Below are positions 35,909 through 48,816 of a DNA stretch of 64,000 nt, in pieces. The notes under the pieces are model-generated. The model had not been told where the DNA came from. It worked only from the letters and a program-made list of their open reading frames with translations, and searched no databases. Numbering within the stretch: position 1 is the stretch's first letter; every line of letters begins with the position of its first letter. Source of the DNA: Paraspadella gotoi (lineage: Eukaryota; Animalia; Chaetognatha); the NCBI GenBank assembly GCA_051294375.1, contig CM119270.1, forward strand, positions 2,294,388-2,358,387, in the 5' to 3' direction. The translations under genes and the position numbers were made by a program.

Positions 35909-37983
35909 TCTAGTTGGTTGGCGACTTCGCCATGGCGATATCGCCAGGGCTTTGGCGATGTCGCCAGTCCCCCCACTGGCGACCTCGCCAGTGATAAAAG
36001 TAGCGAATATAAGAAAAGCGCAGCTAACACGGGGATGAGCATCACCTTCAGGCTCCTCTCCAACCCTAACCCTAAACCAAACCTCCTGTCAACTCTGTGC
36101 CTCTCCCCTAACCCTAACCCGGGCCTGGGCCTCCCGTACATCTCCATGCCTCAACCCTAACCCAACCGCCTTTGATGCATCAACCACGGGCCCTCCCCAC
36201 CACCCTAACCCTAAACCAAGCCTTCCGTTCAAACTCTGTGCCTCTCCCTAACCTAAACCCAGGCTCAGCCTCCCGTACTCTCCGTGCCTCAACCCTAACC
36301 TAACCGCCTTCGATGCATCAACCACGGGCCCCTCCCCCAACCCTAAACTAGCCTCCCGTTCAACTCCATGCCTCTCCCCTAACCCTAACTCAGGCCCAGC
36401 CTCCCGTACATCTCCGTGCCTCAACCCTAACCCTAACCGCTTCGATGCATCAACCATGGGTCCCTCCCGCAACCCTAACCCTAAACCAAGCCTTCCGTTC
36501 AACTCCATGCCTCTCCTCTAACCCTAAACCAGGCCGGCCTCCCGTACATCTCCGTACCTCAACCCTAACCCTAATGCCTTCGATATATAACCCACGGGCC
36601 TCTCTCCCAACCCTAACCCTAAACGGGCCCAGGCCTCCCGTACATTCCGTACCTCAACCCTAACCCTAATTGCCTTCGATTTTATAACCACGGGCCCTCT
36701 CCCAACCCTAACCCTAAACCGGCCCAGGCCTCCCGTACATCTCCGTGCCTCAACCCTAACCCTAACGCGGGCCTCTGGTCATCAACTACATCAACTACAT
36801 CTAGCGTTCTATTATGGCGATTTCGCCTAAAATAAACTCAGATTAGGGTTAGGGTTAGGATTGAGTTGGTTTAGGGTTAGGGTGAGTAGGTAGTAGTTAG
36901 GGTTAGGGTTGAGTAGTTTAGGGTTAGGGTTGAGTAGTTTAGGGTTAGGGTCAGGGTTGAGTTAAGTTAAGTTTATTTTAGGCTTATTATTAATGTCAAT
37001 TTTAGGGATAGGGGTAGGGAGGGTGTTGTTGATGACCAAGAGGCCCGCGTTAGGGTTAGGGTTGAGGCACGGAGATGTACGGGAGGCCTGGGCCCGGTTT
37101 AGGGTTAGGGTTGGGGAGAGAGGCCCGTGGGTTATATATCGAAGGCAATTAGGGTTAGGGTTGAGGTACGGAGATGTACGGGAGGCCTGGGCCCGGTTTA
37201 GGGTTAGGGTTGGGAGAGAGGCCCGTGGGTTATATATCGAAGGCAATTAGGGTTAGGGTTGAGGTACGGAGATGTACGGGAGGCCGGGCCTGGTTTAGGG
37301 TTAGAGGAGAGGCATGGAGTTGAACGGGAGGCTGGTTTAGGGTTAGGGTTGCGGAGGGACCCATGGTTGATGCATCGAAGGCGGTTAGGGTTAGGGTTGA
37401 GGCACGGAGATGTACGGGAGGCTGGGCCTGAGTTAGGGTTAGGGGAGAGGCATGGAGTTGAACGGGAGGCTTAGTTTAGGGTTGGGGGAGGGGCCCGTGG
37501 TTGATGCATCGAAGGCGGTTAGGGTTAGGGTTGAGCACGGAGATGTACGGGAGGCTGGAGCCTGGGTTAGGGTTAGGGAGGAGGCACAGAGTTGAACGGA
37601 AGGCTTGGTTTAGGGTTAGGGTTGGGGGAGGGGCCCGTGGTTGATGCATCAAAGGCGGTTAGGGTTAGGGTTGAGGCATGAGGGATGTACGGGAGGCCAG
37701 GCCCGGGTTAGGGTTAGGGGAGAGGCACAGAGTTGAACGGGAGGTTTGGTTTAGGGTTAGGGTTGGGAGAGGAGCCTGAAGTGATGCTCATCCCCGTGTT
37801 AGCTGCGCTTTTCATTATATTCGCTACTTTTATCACTGGCGAGGTCGCCAGTGGGGGACTGGCGACATCGCCAAAGCCCTGGCGATATCGCCATGGCGAA
37901 GTCGCCAACCAAACTAGAACCACACCTGCAACTCGTGCGTGAATCGCCGGCGACATCGCTATTTGAATGAACTACAACTTAGG
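35909..37983 (-). mobile_element. Palindromic telomere-dimer element, copy 2 (opposite orientation, centre deleted)
   Basis: Same sequence as 25263-27650; the unpaired extension is on the right (ends ...gaactacaacttagg at 37983); the left arm is cut at ~36786. Confidence 0.85.
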
Positions 37984-39057
37984 CTCGCATTTTTTTTCTC
38001 TTGTCAAATCATCAACATCTTGATATCAAACAAGCCAGAACAAATAGACTGCTTCTGGACGGAAACATTTTCTATCTCTGATTTTATATAGAAATGAAAG
38101 GATTTTTTTCCTTGAAAACGATATATTTTTTATATTGTTGTGACCAATTTCATAAACGTCAAATTCAGGAATCCTCTGGCTAAGTTTCTGAAGGGCTCTC
38201 AAAATTTTTCATTATATTTTATTTGGTTATTTTAATATGATACGATCATGGTAAAGTGAATTAGTCCATTTTAGTGAAATTTTTATTTAAAGTAAAAGTA
38301 AAGGAGCGAATGATCTTAATTCTAAAGTTTTCAACCAGGAGTCAGATTCGTGAAAAATCATCTATGGCAAAAATCTTCCAAAGAAGGGGTGGATTTTTCG
38401 AAGATTTTGGTTAATATTTTCTATATTTATGGTCGGATTTTTTTGAAACTAACAATAGCAATATTGCCATCATTCTACTTTGGCCGGGATATAAGAATAT
38501 ATTAAAAAAACCTCTGGCTTTTTTCATCAGAGCTTAGTCCTACTAATAAGTAGAACTGCATTTTGAGACATATTTGTACTTTTTTTTGTTTAAATATATA
38601 ATTTTATTTATATTTTCAATAGACGAAAAGTAATAGAAAGTTGGGAGAGGTCTCAAATTGGAGCTTATGCTTTGTAGATAATGATAAAAATATAGGTATT
38701 CAAATTGTAAGCATATTCACTAAACTACTTAAAAATTTTCATAAAACTTTTTCAAAAAGAACTTGATCGGATTTTACGGACCTCCCACATTAAGTGTCTC
38801 ATGGGTATTGAGGCGGGCCAAAATTGATCACTTTTTATCATTAGGAGTTGTGTAATATAAAATTCATTTGTCCATCATATACTAAATCAATATTTACAAT
38901 CACTTTTTAACTAGTGAAGCATAGTATAACATTGTAGCATTTAAATATTTATTAATTCATAAAAATATAAAAAATTGGAAATATTGTAATAATATTTTTT
39001 ATTCATTTTTTCAAGCTCTACCTAAATCCGTTTTTAAAAATTCTGAATTTAAAAAAA

Positions 39058-40188
39058 ACAAGTTTGAGCAAACAATGTTGGATCTGCGTACGATAATTAA
39101 TCAGATGATAAATCACAATATTTTTTTAAAAAATTTTTAACTCGCATCATTTTTTAACTTGCATCATTTTTTAAATATATTTAATACATTAATATACAAT
39201 AATATATTAGTATGCGAGTTCAATTTAAAAAATTGTGATAAATGACAATAGTAAAAAAAAGAATAATGCGAGCTGGGTTCGAACTTGCTACCCTTTGCAA
39301 TTGAAATGGCTAATCTTATCATTTCACATTTAATTGCGAATTGAATTTCTTAATTTCATTTACATATTGTAGTATTAATCTGAAATGAGTTCATTTTTTT
39401 TTTGGATTTTAATATTAGTTCTCTTTTTCGATTTTTCAAATAGTTAATTATGCTCTTTAGCTATGTTAATGATTAACAGGAATAATAGTAATATTTTTAA
39501 TTAATTAATAATTATAATTTAGTACTTTATTTTTTAAAGAGATTGACATGCGCATATTCGTTGATTTCTTTATTTGTTCAAAAGCTTAAAAAAAAAGATT
39601 TATTTCGTTATATCATTTGTTAATATGTTATTATTTTATTAATATAAAAATAAATAAAAAACAAATTCTTTTCATTATTGTGTCATTGTCATTGTCATCG
39701 TATTTTTAATTAATTTAAAAAAAATTCATTTCCTTGTTAGTCATTATTATATACTATATAGCCATTTATTGATGCAATAATAAATATTCATTAATGCGAT
39801 GATAAGGATTTATCGATGCGATTACAAATATTTATCAATGGGATGTTAGATATAGATTTGATGATAATCATTGATGTTATGATAATCGATCACAAATGAT
39901 ATGGCAGTCAATCAATGATACGATGATGTCAAATGAACCTGCATAAGACAAATAATATCTAAATAGAGAGAGAGAGAGAGAGAAAAAGAGAGAGAGAGAG
40001 AAAGCTTTAAAATAAAAAAAAATCAAGTCAATTGGACGGACGGATGGACGGACGGACGGACGGACATCATTTTTTTTGCATAATTTATCATAATTCGAGG
40101 TTCTGATATGATAAGCTTTTGGGGTGGGACCGACGGACCGATAAAGTGGATTATAGAGTCGGAATCTGCTGATAAGCAGATCCGACTA
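39058..40188 (-). mobile_element. DINE-1/Helentron-like element, reverse orientation
   Basis: 5' hairpin gagtcggaatctgct...agcagatccgacta at 40156-40188, (GGAC)n at 40034-40065, 3' end caagtttgagcaaacaatgttggatctgc at 39059. Confidence 0.7.
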
Positions 40189-40557
40189 AAAATTTTCATA
40201 ATTTATAGTAATACGATAAACTTTAAATGCTTCTATGTTATTAACTATATATAAAATCTTAATTTTTTTTTAAATTTCGTTATCCCACAGGGATGTCTCT
40301 AACGTTATTTATATTACAGAACTCTTAGTTTTTATCTTGTTCCGCCTTAATGGGTATACTTTAAGATTTTATAGGTTTCAGAGATAGCACTTTTTCGTTT
40401 CTTTCAAATCTTCTCTGCCCTCCCGTGGTTGGATATTTAGGTTTTAGGAATTTAACAATGATATTTAGGTTAAAATAAAGTTCAGAAGTTTTTGATTAAG
40501 CAATAATTTTAAACTTTAATTAAGAAGTTGATTGTTACTTTATTGTTAGAAAGGAAA

Positions 40558-40594
<37 letters not shown>

Positions 40595-40603
40595 TTTTAT
40601 CAC

Positions 40604-40682
40604 CTGTCGAGGAAACTTGTAGCTTGTTTTTTGTTCAGGGTGAGCATCCCGGGAAGACCGCGTTTTGTTCCATTTCTTTTGC
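40604..40682 (-). CDS. Propeptide exon (KRNGTKRGLPGMLTLNKKQATSFLD-R)
   Basis: catag acceptor and CAG|gtgata donor; 79 nt, phase 1-2; in frame with 33642; contains AxxFL followed by RR. Confidence 0.7.
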
Positions 40683-41534
40683 CTATGATTTATAAAATAT
40701 ACCCTTATGAAAATTTGCAAATTACTTGTTTCACTATTTTCTATTTTTATATTTTTATATTTTATCTTTAAATATACATGTATTGCTTTCTTTAAAAAAT
40801 TTTACTTATCATTATATCTAATAACTCATTTTGGGAAGGGGAAGTCAGTGTTGTCTTCTGGAAATAGAGGGAGCAACTATACAACACAAGGTTAGATTAC
40901 AGTCTATCCTAGTTTTCTAATAGATATCACACATCATTCCTGTTAGAAAGTCATTAATGAAAAATCATAATATCTAATAGGCTGAACAGAAAGGGGTGGG
41001 AATGGACAATTTTTTGAAGGGGGACCAAAGTTATATATGATTTTTTTTAACCAATAGGGATAAGACTACAAAGTAGAATTGTAAGCTCTGATAGGGATAC
41101 ATACTGGAGAAAGGTCTATAGGGGCACCTTTAGTCATGAATATAATTTTAAAATACTTTACTTTTAATGAAAATAAAATTTTTTCTTTATCCTAAATTTT
41201 TAATTATTTCATTTTTTAATATTTTTTTACCTTTTATGTTTATACAATGGGAAGGTCATCAGTTGGGAACCTATATCCTTCATGGATTTCGGCTCTTTAA
41301 TCCCAATATCCAGGTTTAGGTAGCGGTAACCGACCAAATTCAAATTTTAATAGGTACAGTATTAAACGAATCCATTATTGGTATTAGTTATTGTGTTAAA
41401 ATATTTTTTTGCAAAAATGTTCCGAACCATGAGTAATTCGCTAATTAAAATTATTATTTTGCTATATAACGTAAACATTTTTTTTTAATATTTTAAGTTT
41501 TTTTAATTGATTCTGATAGAGCTCAAAAAGTTAG

Positions 41535-43317
41535 GACGCAGAGACAGATCACGCTTAATTTGCTTTCCACCCTACTAATGATCATTTTTACTTCACTCGT
41601 CGCCATATTTGATTCATAATATTTTAGCTATAGTTGTTGTTTGGTACTCGGAGACCTAAGCCCACAAGAAGGGCAATAGGGTCAGGAAAAGAAGAAATCT
41701 GACAAAAAGTCCAGAAAAATGCTTACAAAAAAATGTAGTAGCGTTATGTTAAGAGCCTTGGTTACCTTACGAATGTACATAATGAGCTTTAACAATAGAT
41801 ATTCATTATCTACAAAAAAATAGAAATATTTCAGACCCATTAATAAATATTTTTTTATCTGGGAATAGTACAAAATATACAAATGAATTATGATACTAGA
41901 ATTACAAAATATTTTTTTCTTTTTATCTATATTTGAACAACAGCAAAAATTTTTAAAAATATTTTTCAAAAGAGCAATTTTTTGCCAATATGCATGATAA
42001 ATTTGGCTGCTTAATATGCAAAAATAATATGCTTAATTAATTTTTAATTATTGAAGAAGATAGAATAATTCAATTTTCGAAAAAAAATATTTTTGTGTTC
42101 AGAATTTTAGATCTAGACTATGAACCAAAATTTTGCATTTTGAAAAATATCAGATTCAAGGCATTTGATTTTGGAACAATCTGATGTTTTTCGTTTTTTG
42201 ATATCTTTATTTTTTATGCAAAACTAAAATTGTGAACGACCATTGGTCAAGTCGAATTTTTTTTCCCGAATCTTTAAAGAAGTAAAGCTGTGCTCAAATT
42301 GAGAATATTAGATGTTTTATATAAAAAAATGATAAAAGCTTAAAATAAAATAAAATTTAAAAACTATATGTTTTTATTTGTATCTATTTAAAATTGTAAT
42401 ATGATAAACAAGCAGTGGGTCAAGCTTTTTGTTTCAGTTAAACATAATGAAAAATGATTATTTTTTTTACAGACAAAAAGGTAGACATTCAAACTGTTTA
42501 TATTAAACTGAAAATAACTTTTAATTTATAATTTTACATATTTAAAATAACATTTTATCATGCTCCTATATGTATTTTTGCTTGTTTTTTACTTTAACTA
42601 AAAATACATGCAAATTTATGGAATAAAAAAGCTTTATTGCTAATTAAAATGTAATTCATTCTTTCCTTTTTCCTAATCCGAAAGAAAAACAAAAAAATTC
42701 ATATGCCTTCATTAAAATTTTTAACTCCGAAAACTGTTATACTTAAATAGGTTTTAAACAAATCCTGTCTTAACATTTTTGGATAAAATTTATAGAAACT
42801 ATATCAGAATGGTGTCCCATGATTAGGGTTTAATTTGATACCTCGCCCACCATCCTATCTCTTTTCTTTCAAAAGTTATGCAAAAAAATAACTTTTTTTA
42901 TCATCGGAGAACTAAGGATTTGAACTACGCAGTACAAACCTTTGTTAAATAAAAATTTCGGCAAAGTGGGAGTATCTCAATTTATCCTATTTGTATAATA
43001 CCTAAATTTTAAAATAAAAACTAAATAAAATTTTTTTATCATCTAGAGACATATCACTTTCAGTTGAACCCATCGTCTTACTTGTTTATGGCTTATGGTT
43101 TAAGAATTCAGAGAAAAACAAAGTATCTAGTCCAAACTTTAAACTTTTACACTGTATTTTACTGTATCATTCTGGGCCGAATCATATTTTGCATGTATTT
43201 GTCCAGCATAACTGTCAGAAGGGATGGCTTTTATTACAAATGGTCAGACAAAGTAATTCAATGACCGATAATTTTTTTTTCATGCACATGAAATTAAGCG
43301 TGATCTGTCTCTGCGTC
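41535..43317. mobile_element. Unclassified DNA transposon with perfect 27-bp TIRs
   Basis: gacgcagagacagatcacgcttaattt (41535-41561) is the exact reverse complement of 43291-43317; flanks TTAG/TGAG (possible 4-bp TSD with one mismatch). Confidence 0.75.
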
Positions 43318-43929
43318 TGAGGCAAAATATAATTACAAATTTTAAAATTTCAATGTTTTGTCACTGAATATGACAAAAACTACTAAAATTATCGATAATG
43401 ATGATTAGGATGATTTTTTTCAGGTTTTTCCCAATTTTGACCTAACTTATCATCAAAATATTGAAAAAAGAATATACTTGTGTAGACAACTTTTATAAGC
43501 TATCTGAATCTGCTTTTAAAAATACAAAATGCAAAAACAAATTTTGACATTTCTTATCTATAAATAAATATTAAAAAATAATTACTAGTGCTTCTAGCCA
43601 TTTTAGAAAATTTTGGTCCATTGAAAGTTTTCTCAGAAATGTATGAAGTTTCATTTGGGAAGGTTCCCAAATCAAACTTCTGACCCACCCCATGAACAAA
43701 GTTTGGCTCTAGTATAGGCGAGCCATCACCAAATGGTGACCCTTCATTTTTGCTTATCCTATCTTTTAAAGATTTATTTTGAATGTTTATCTTAAGCAGA
43801 CAAAGCCTGGTATCACAGCATTATTAGTTTTTGGGAAATTTATTAAGGTATTGTAATAATTTATACTTTGTAAATAATTTAAATAAGTTAAATAATTAGT
43901 TAAATAATAAGTTAAATAATCAAGGGTAT

Positions 43930-44663
43930 TGTATTGAACTAGTTCGGAGAAGTGGCGTCTTTGAATTCTAACTGACTGGACTAATTCTGCGCATTTGAAG
44001 ACCAAATGAAATCGGGTATAAAATGGCGCAGAAGAGGACGATGGCGCCGGTCCAGACGCCCTGGAGATGCTGACGACAAAGTCTCAGTAGACGACGTCGG
44101 CTAAGGCCGAAATGACGACTGTCTACGAAAGCCCAGGACTTGACGAAAGGTCTGTAAGTCTGTTGTAAAGTTAGAAGTCCTAGGCAAAGAATAACAAACA
44201 TTTAGTACAAACTCAGCAAATATATATAAATTTTAAAGTGTCTTTCTTACTTGTTTCTGAAGCCAATATTAACCATAAAGAGTGCTTCTCTCATAGAAAA
44301 GTCCACCAACAACAGCGATCACACAAAAAAATAAGATTCCAAGATATCTGATAAGAGTCTAAAAAAGCTCTGAAAAGAACTAAAAACCCAGTGACAACTT
44401 TGAGATCTGAAGATGCCACGTGGCCAGAATTCGATCAGAATCTTAATCGAAATCTATCGAAATCACGGGCACCAATCAGAATCAGCTGTACACTGCCTTC
44501 GGAATTCTGTACTTAAGTATAAACAAAAGAGAGAGCCTAAAGATGTCATGTCGATCGCTAGAATGGAAGCATTTTCGACGTCAGTAATAAAGAGCAAAAG
44601 AGCACGGGAAAAGGTAGAGAAGCTGGATTTCCTCGCAATATTAGAGATAGTTATTTCGTAACA
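43930..44663. mobile_element. Solo LTR (734 bp)
   Basis: TGTATT...GTAACA termini with exact 5-bp TSD GGTAT (43925-43929 and 44664-44668); higher GC than the flanks. Confidence 0.8.
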
Positions 44664-45928
44664 GGTATGTTAATGTAAGTTAACATTAAGTTAATTAGTA
44701 AAAGTTAAAAAATAAGTTAAATCAAAGAGTTAAATAAGTTTAAATAAGTTAAATAAATAATATTGTTGATGATTAATATTATTATTGTTAATATTATTAT
44801 TATTTAAAGTGGTTTAATTTTGCTATTTTTTTATTTATTATTTTTACTAGAACAATCATGTAGTCTTTTTTAAAAATAGATTAACATCAGTAAAATTTTA
44901 TTTTTAGTAGATCTTTATAATATTAAAAATTTAATTCCCATTTTTCTTAAGTCCTTAAAATATACCCCTGACTTTATAATTTTTTGCTTAAATTTTTTTG
45001 CTCTCGATGATAATTATATCATAACAAATTTCCAGCTAGCTCACTACCAGACCCTAGGGAAGTCCAATCTATGGCGATACCCTCTCAGCCTATGACAAGT
45101 CAATGACCCGACCTCATTGTTCATGTCCCACCTTTGCCCGGCCGGGGGGGGCCAGCTTATTTTGAGCTCTTTCTTTACTTATTTTTCACCAATACTAAAC
45201 TTAACTATCCCTCACCACTTATTTTTCTTATTCTTCTTTCATATTTCATTCTTAATTAAATAACTAGTTAAATTATTAACTTTGTTGACTACTAGTTTAA
45301 ACATATTAAGCTTGCCTATTTATTCATTTTATCTTTGTTGTACATTACTAAATGTAATTATATTTTCTCACTCTCTCTATCTCTCTCTCCTTCAATTTTT
45401 CACCTTTCAACCATTCAGCCTATTTTCTCTTCTTCCTTATTCTTACCTTCTCCTGTCCTCAAGTCTGACCACTGTCCTTTCCCTCAGCTCTTTGTTGGAA
45501 GCTTCTCTCTCTCTCTCTAACTCAATGTTATTGGAAAATCTTGTTGATATCAAATGCACTATTTCCGGTTTGGGACAAGTCCACTATATGAGAAACCTTT
45601 TTTATTCATTTTTTTTAAAGAAAACTTTTTAAATAATTGGTTGAAAAAATATACTGATAAGTATTTGCTTTTAAAATAACAATTACTTGAGCTTTAAGTA
45701 ATGGCAAGGAAAACAGTCGTTTAGGGTAAGATTTAACTTCTGGTCAAGTGTGTGCTCTAAAAGCAAAATCTGATTAACGACACTGTGATAATCAGTTAAA
45801 GCACTAAAAGTTCTACTAGAAACTTCAGTGTTGTTAAATTTTTCGGTTGTATGGATAAAAAAACACATTAATATTCCCGGATATTATTGCACTGCAATGG
45901 AATGGGACATTATACAAGACAATATTAC

Positions 45929-46010
45929 CTGCTGCATGATTTTGTAGTGCAAGAATGCACAAAAGCGGAAAAACCAAACTTGCATTTCTGAGCGTAAATG
46001 CGTCGCTTGC
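45929..46010 (-). CDS. Signal-peptide exon of the Gla-like/LDLa/fibrinogen gene (start codon not located)
   Basis: ttcattcag acceptor and CAG|gtaata donor; ASDAFTLRNASLVFPLLCILALQNHAA with a phase-1 end that joins 40682 in frame; hydrophobic core LVFPLLCILAL. Confidence 0.55.
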
Positions 46011-46600
46011 CTGAATGAAATAAAATAACAATTTAAATTTTTAAAATAGAAATTTTTAATTCTCAAAATTATTTACAATTTTTTTTCTCAGACTAAGTCA
46101 AACCATTTGAAATTCCAATTTATGAGAAAACAAGTTTAAGCAAACAATGTTGGATATGTCTATGATAATTTAGCGGTAAGCAGTAGGGCGTTTTAAAATA
46201 AAATATAACAAATCGAACAGGGTACATAGCTATTTTAGTGTAATAAAGTTTGTAGAATTCAATGATGATAACCAGTGTTGGGTCTTGGAGTAGACAGAAA
46301 GTCTCGGTCTAGAGGCTGCTGACGGGCAATCTCCTGAAGGTCCACTCCTTGATGCTCAACTGCAGCAATGACGAGGCCAACTGTTCGCTCTTCTCGTCGA
46401 TGGGTTTTGTTGGCAGTGATTGTTGGCAATGGCGCTCCTTTGGTTTGGGCGTGAGTGCATCGGTAACACATTCGCCTTTCCCTCCACCTGACGAATGTCG
46501 GTCGTGTACTCAGCAATCGCCGAGAGTTGGAAGGTGTGCCTGGCCGTTTGTGGCTCACTCTTCTTGTGGAGAGCGGAGATCAGACTCTGATGATTGGTGT

Positions 46601-46998
46601 TGTAAAGAATAGTCGTACGTTTACTGAATAGCTGTATTGCACTGCATAGTCGTACTAGCGCTGCTTACGGCGTCGTCGATATTTGTTTATTTGAGTTGCC
46701 TAGTTACTGAAATCTTCACTACCGTTTTGAGGCGCCGTAAGACGATTCGACGTTACGAGTTTTTGAAACGATTATTTGAGGAAAAACGTAAAAATCCTTA
46801 CCTGCCAAAATGTAAGATGAAATTGTAAAATGTAATTCGACATTGTATTTGATAAATAATATTTCTGTAGAGTTTTGAACACTCCACGTCACTTACTTCA
46901 CTTTCTACAATAAACTACTCTTCGTTGAAACTCACGGGCATTTTAACATTTAGACAGATTTTTTGATAGGCCTTTCGTAGTGGAAATTCGATTTCATA
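46601..46998. mobile_element. Solo LTR (398 bp) inserted in the Gypsy RNase H region
   Basis: 5-bp TSD GGTGT (46596-46600 and 46999-47003); TGT...ATA ends; AATAAA at ~46909; removing it restores FTLYT-NHQSLIS. Confidence 0.75.
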
Positions 46999-47118
46999 GG
47001 TGTAGAGTGTGAAATCTCGCCCTTCCAGCCATGGGCGGAAATGGCGGATTGCGTGAAAGGCGCCATAAAGTTCCCTATCGAAGGGCGGCCATTTCCTCTG
47101 GGTTTCATTGAGTTTTGC

Positions 47119-48816
47119 TAGGGTTACGATAACCATTAACAGTTAACGGTTATACGGTTAAAAATAATTTAACCTAACCGTTAATATATTATTTTAACGG
47201 TTAAATTCGGTTAATTTTTAAATATGATTTTTTTATTTTTGGTATAAATCTTTGATTTTTAAAAGAAAAGTAATTTTTTCTTGTCCTTCTATTCTCCTCT
47301 CCTTTTCTCACCATATTTTTTTAATTCTCTTTTTTCTTTTTCATTTTTTTCAACTATTTTAAGCTCTTTATATTTCTTACTATGCATTTAATTTTATTTT
47401 GTTCTTTTTCCCTCCTTTCTTTTCCCCCTTTTTATCTTTGTTTCTCGTATTTTTCTTTTTTTTCCTTCTTTACCTTTTTCATTTTTTTCTTCTCTTTTGC
47501 CATCATTTATTTTTCTTTATCTTCTTACTCCTACCATTCTTCGTCTCCCTTCCTTTCCACTTTTTTATATTCTCATTTTTTGCACATTCATTCATATATT
47601 ATATTTGCATTTACATCTAAAGTAATATAGCTTGAATATAATATATATGCACATGCAAATAATTGCATTACATTTTCTTGCAAATTAAATTCTATATAAA
47701 TAATAGATCCTATTTTGCTATTTTTTATTTCACTTCTTTAAAAAAAACAAAGAGAAGCAAATGAAAATAGACCAAAATGAATGAAAAATTATTAAAAAAA
47801 ACTAAATAAAATATAATTAATAAAAAATTAATAATTAGAAGGAACTAATCTTAAAATGGACATTAGGCTAACTAAAACTATCCTTCAATCTGATGATATT
47901 TTTTTTAATATAAACTGAAAAAAATATTTAATAATCAAATAATCTTTGGATGATCGATCAATCGATAATCAAACTTCAATTAAAAAATTATTATTCATAA
48001 TTTATATTTATTGTACTACGGCTTATGAAAAAAATTTAAAAATCTATAAAATACAAGCGTTCAAGAGAACTAACAACTAGAAAAATAATGAAGAGATATA
48101 ACGAAAGAAAAAGAGAAAGAGAGAAAAATTAGAATTACATTTATGGTTTTTTCTTTCTTGTTCTTTTTATATATTATGTTATTATGAGAGAGTAAAAAAA
48201 AAGATGTTTTATAAATAAGATTTCTCACGATGCATTATCTGATTAACTAAATTATCATAGGTAGATTCAAAATAGTTTGCTCAAACCAATTTTTCATTTA
48301 CTAACTAAATTGGTTACCTATCTGAAATAGAAAGATAAAAAAGATTCAGGAGGCAAGGGTAGTAAATAAAATATCATTAATACTTTATAGTTTGATTTAA
48401 ATAATATACATTTTAAATTTAAAGTAAATTATATATTGTGTATAGACTTTCGATTTTGTTGTGTTTCGAATTTAGAGAGGAAAACAATTTATTCTTTTGG
48501 TTTTGCATTTATCAACTTGAATTTTAGAACATTTTTTCGACACGATTCAACATGTAATTACAATGCTTCACAGCATTGCAGCATAATTGCAGCATGTCTT
48601 CGAGAAGACTCTAAATTGATGCAGTGGAAACATGGTCTCGAAATAAAGTGTCCTAAGAGAATTCGTTGAGAGTACAAAACAAATAAATGTTTTCTCTCTA
48701 AAATGTTAAATTATAATTAAAGTATAATAACGGATTTATACCGTAAGCCGTTAAAAATATTAGTTTTAACGGTTAAGCGAAATTTTTCTCAAAAATTAAC
48801 GGTTATCGGAACCCTA
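47119..48816. mobile_element. hAT-like non-autonomous element inserted in the Gypsy RNase H region
   Basis: TIR tagggttacgataacc / ggttatcggaacccta; flanks duplicate GTTTTGC (7 bp, or 8 if one A was lost); subterminal taacggtta motifs; removing it restores FSAKLNETQRKW. Confidence 0.8.

Noticed and set aside
25263-37983. 12.7-kb composite transposon bounded by the two palindromes
   Set aside because: No outer TSD, copy 1 alone splits its target, and in-phase host exons run through the interval.
41766-45756. Insulin B-chain assembled from 45756-45687 (DCFPCHYLKL) plus 41809-41766 (IMNIYC)
   Set aside because: Phases are incompatible, a stop follows, and the second piece is inside a TIR element; the signal exon splices in frame directly to 40682. 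45687-45756 remains a possible alternative exon.
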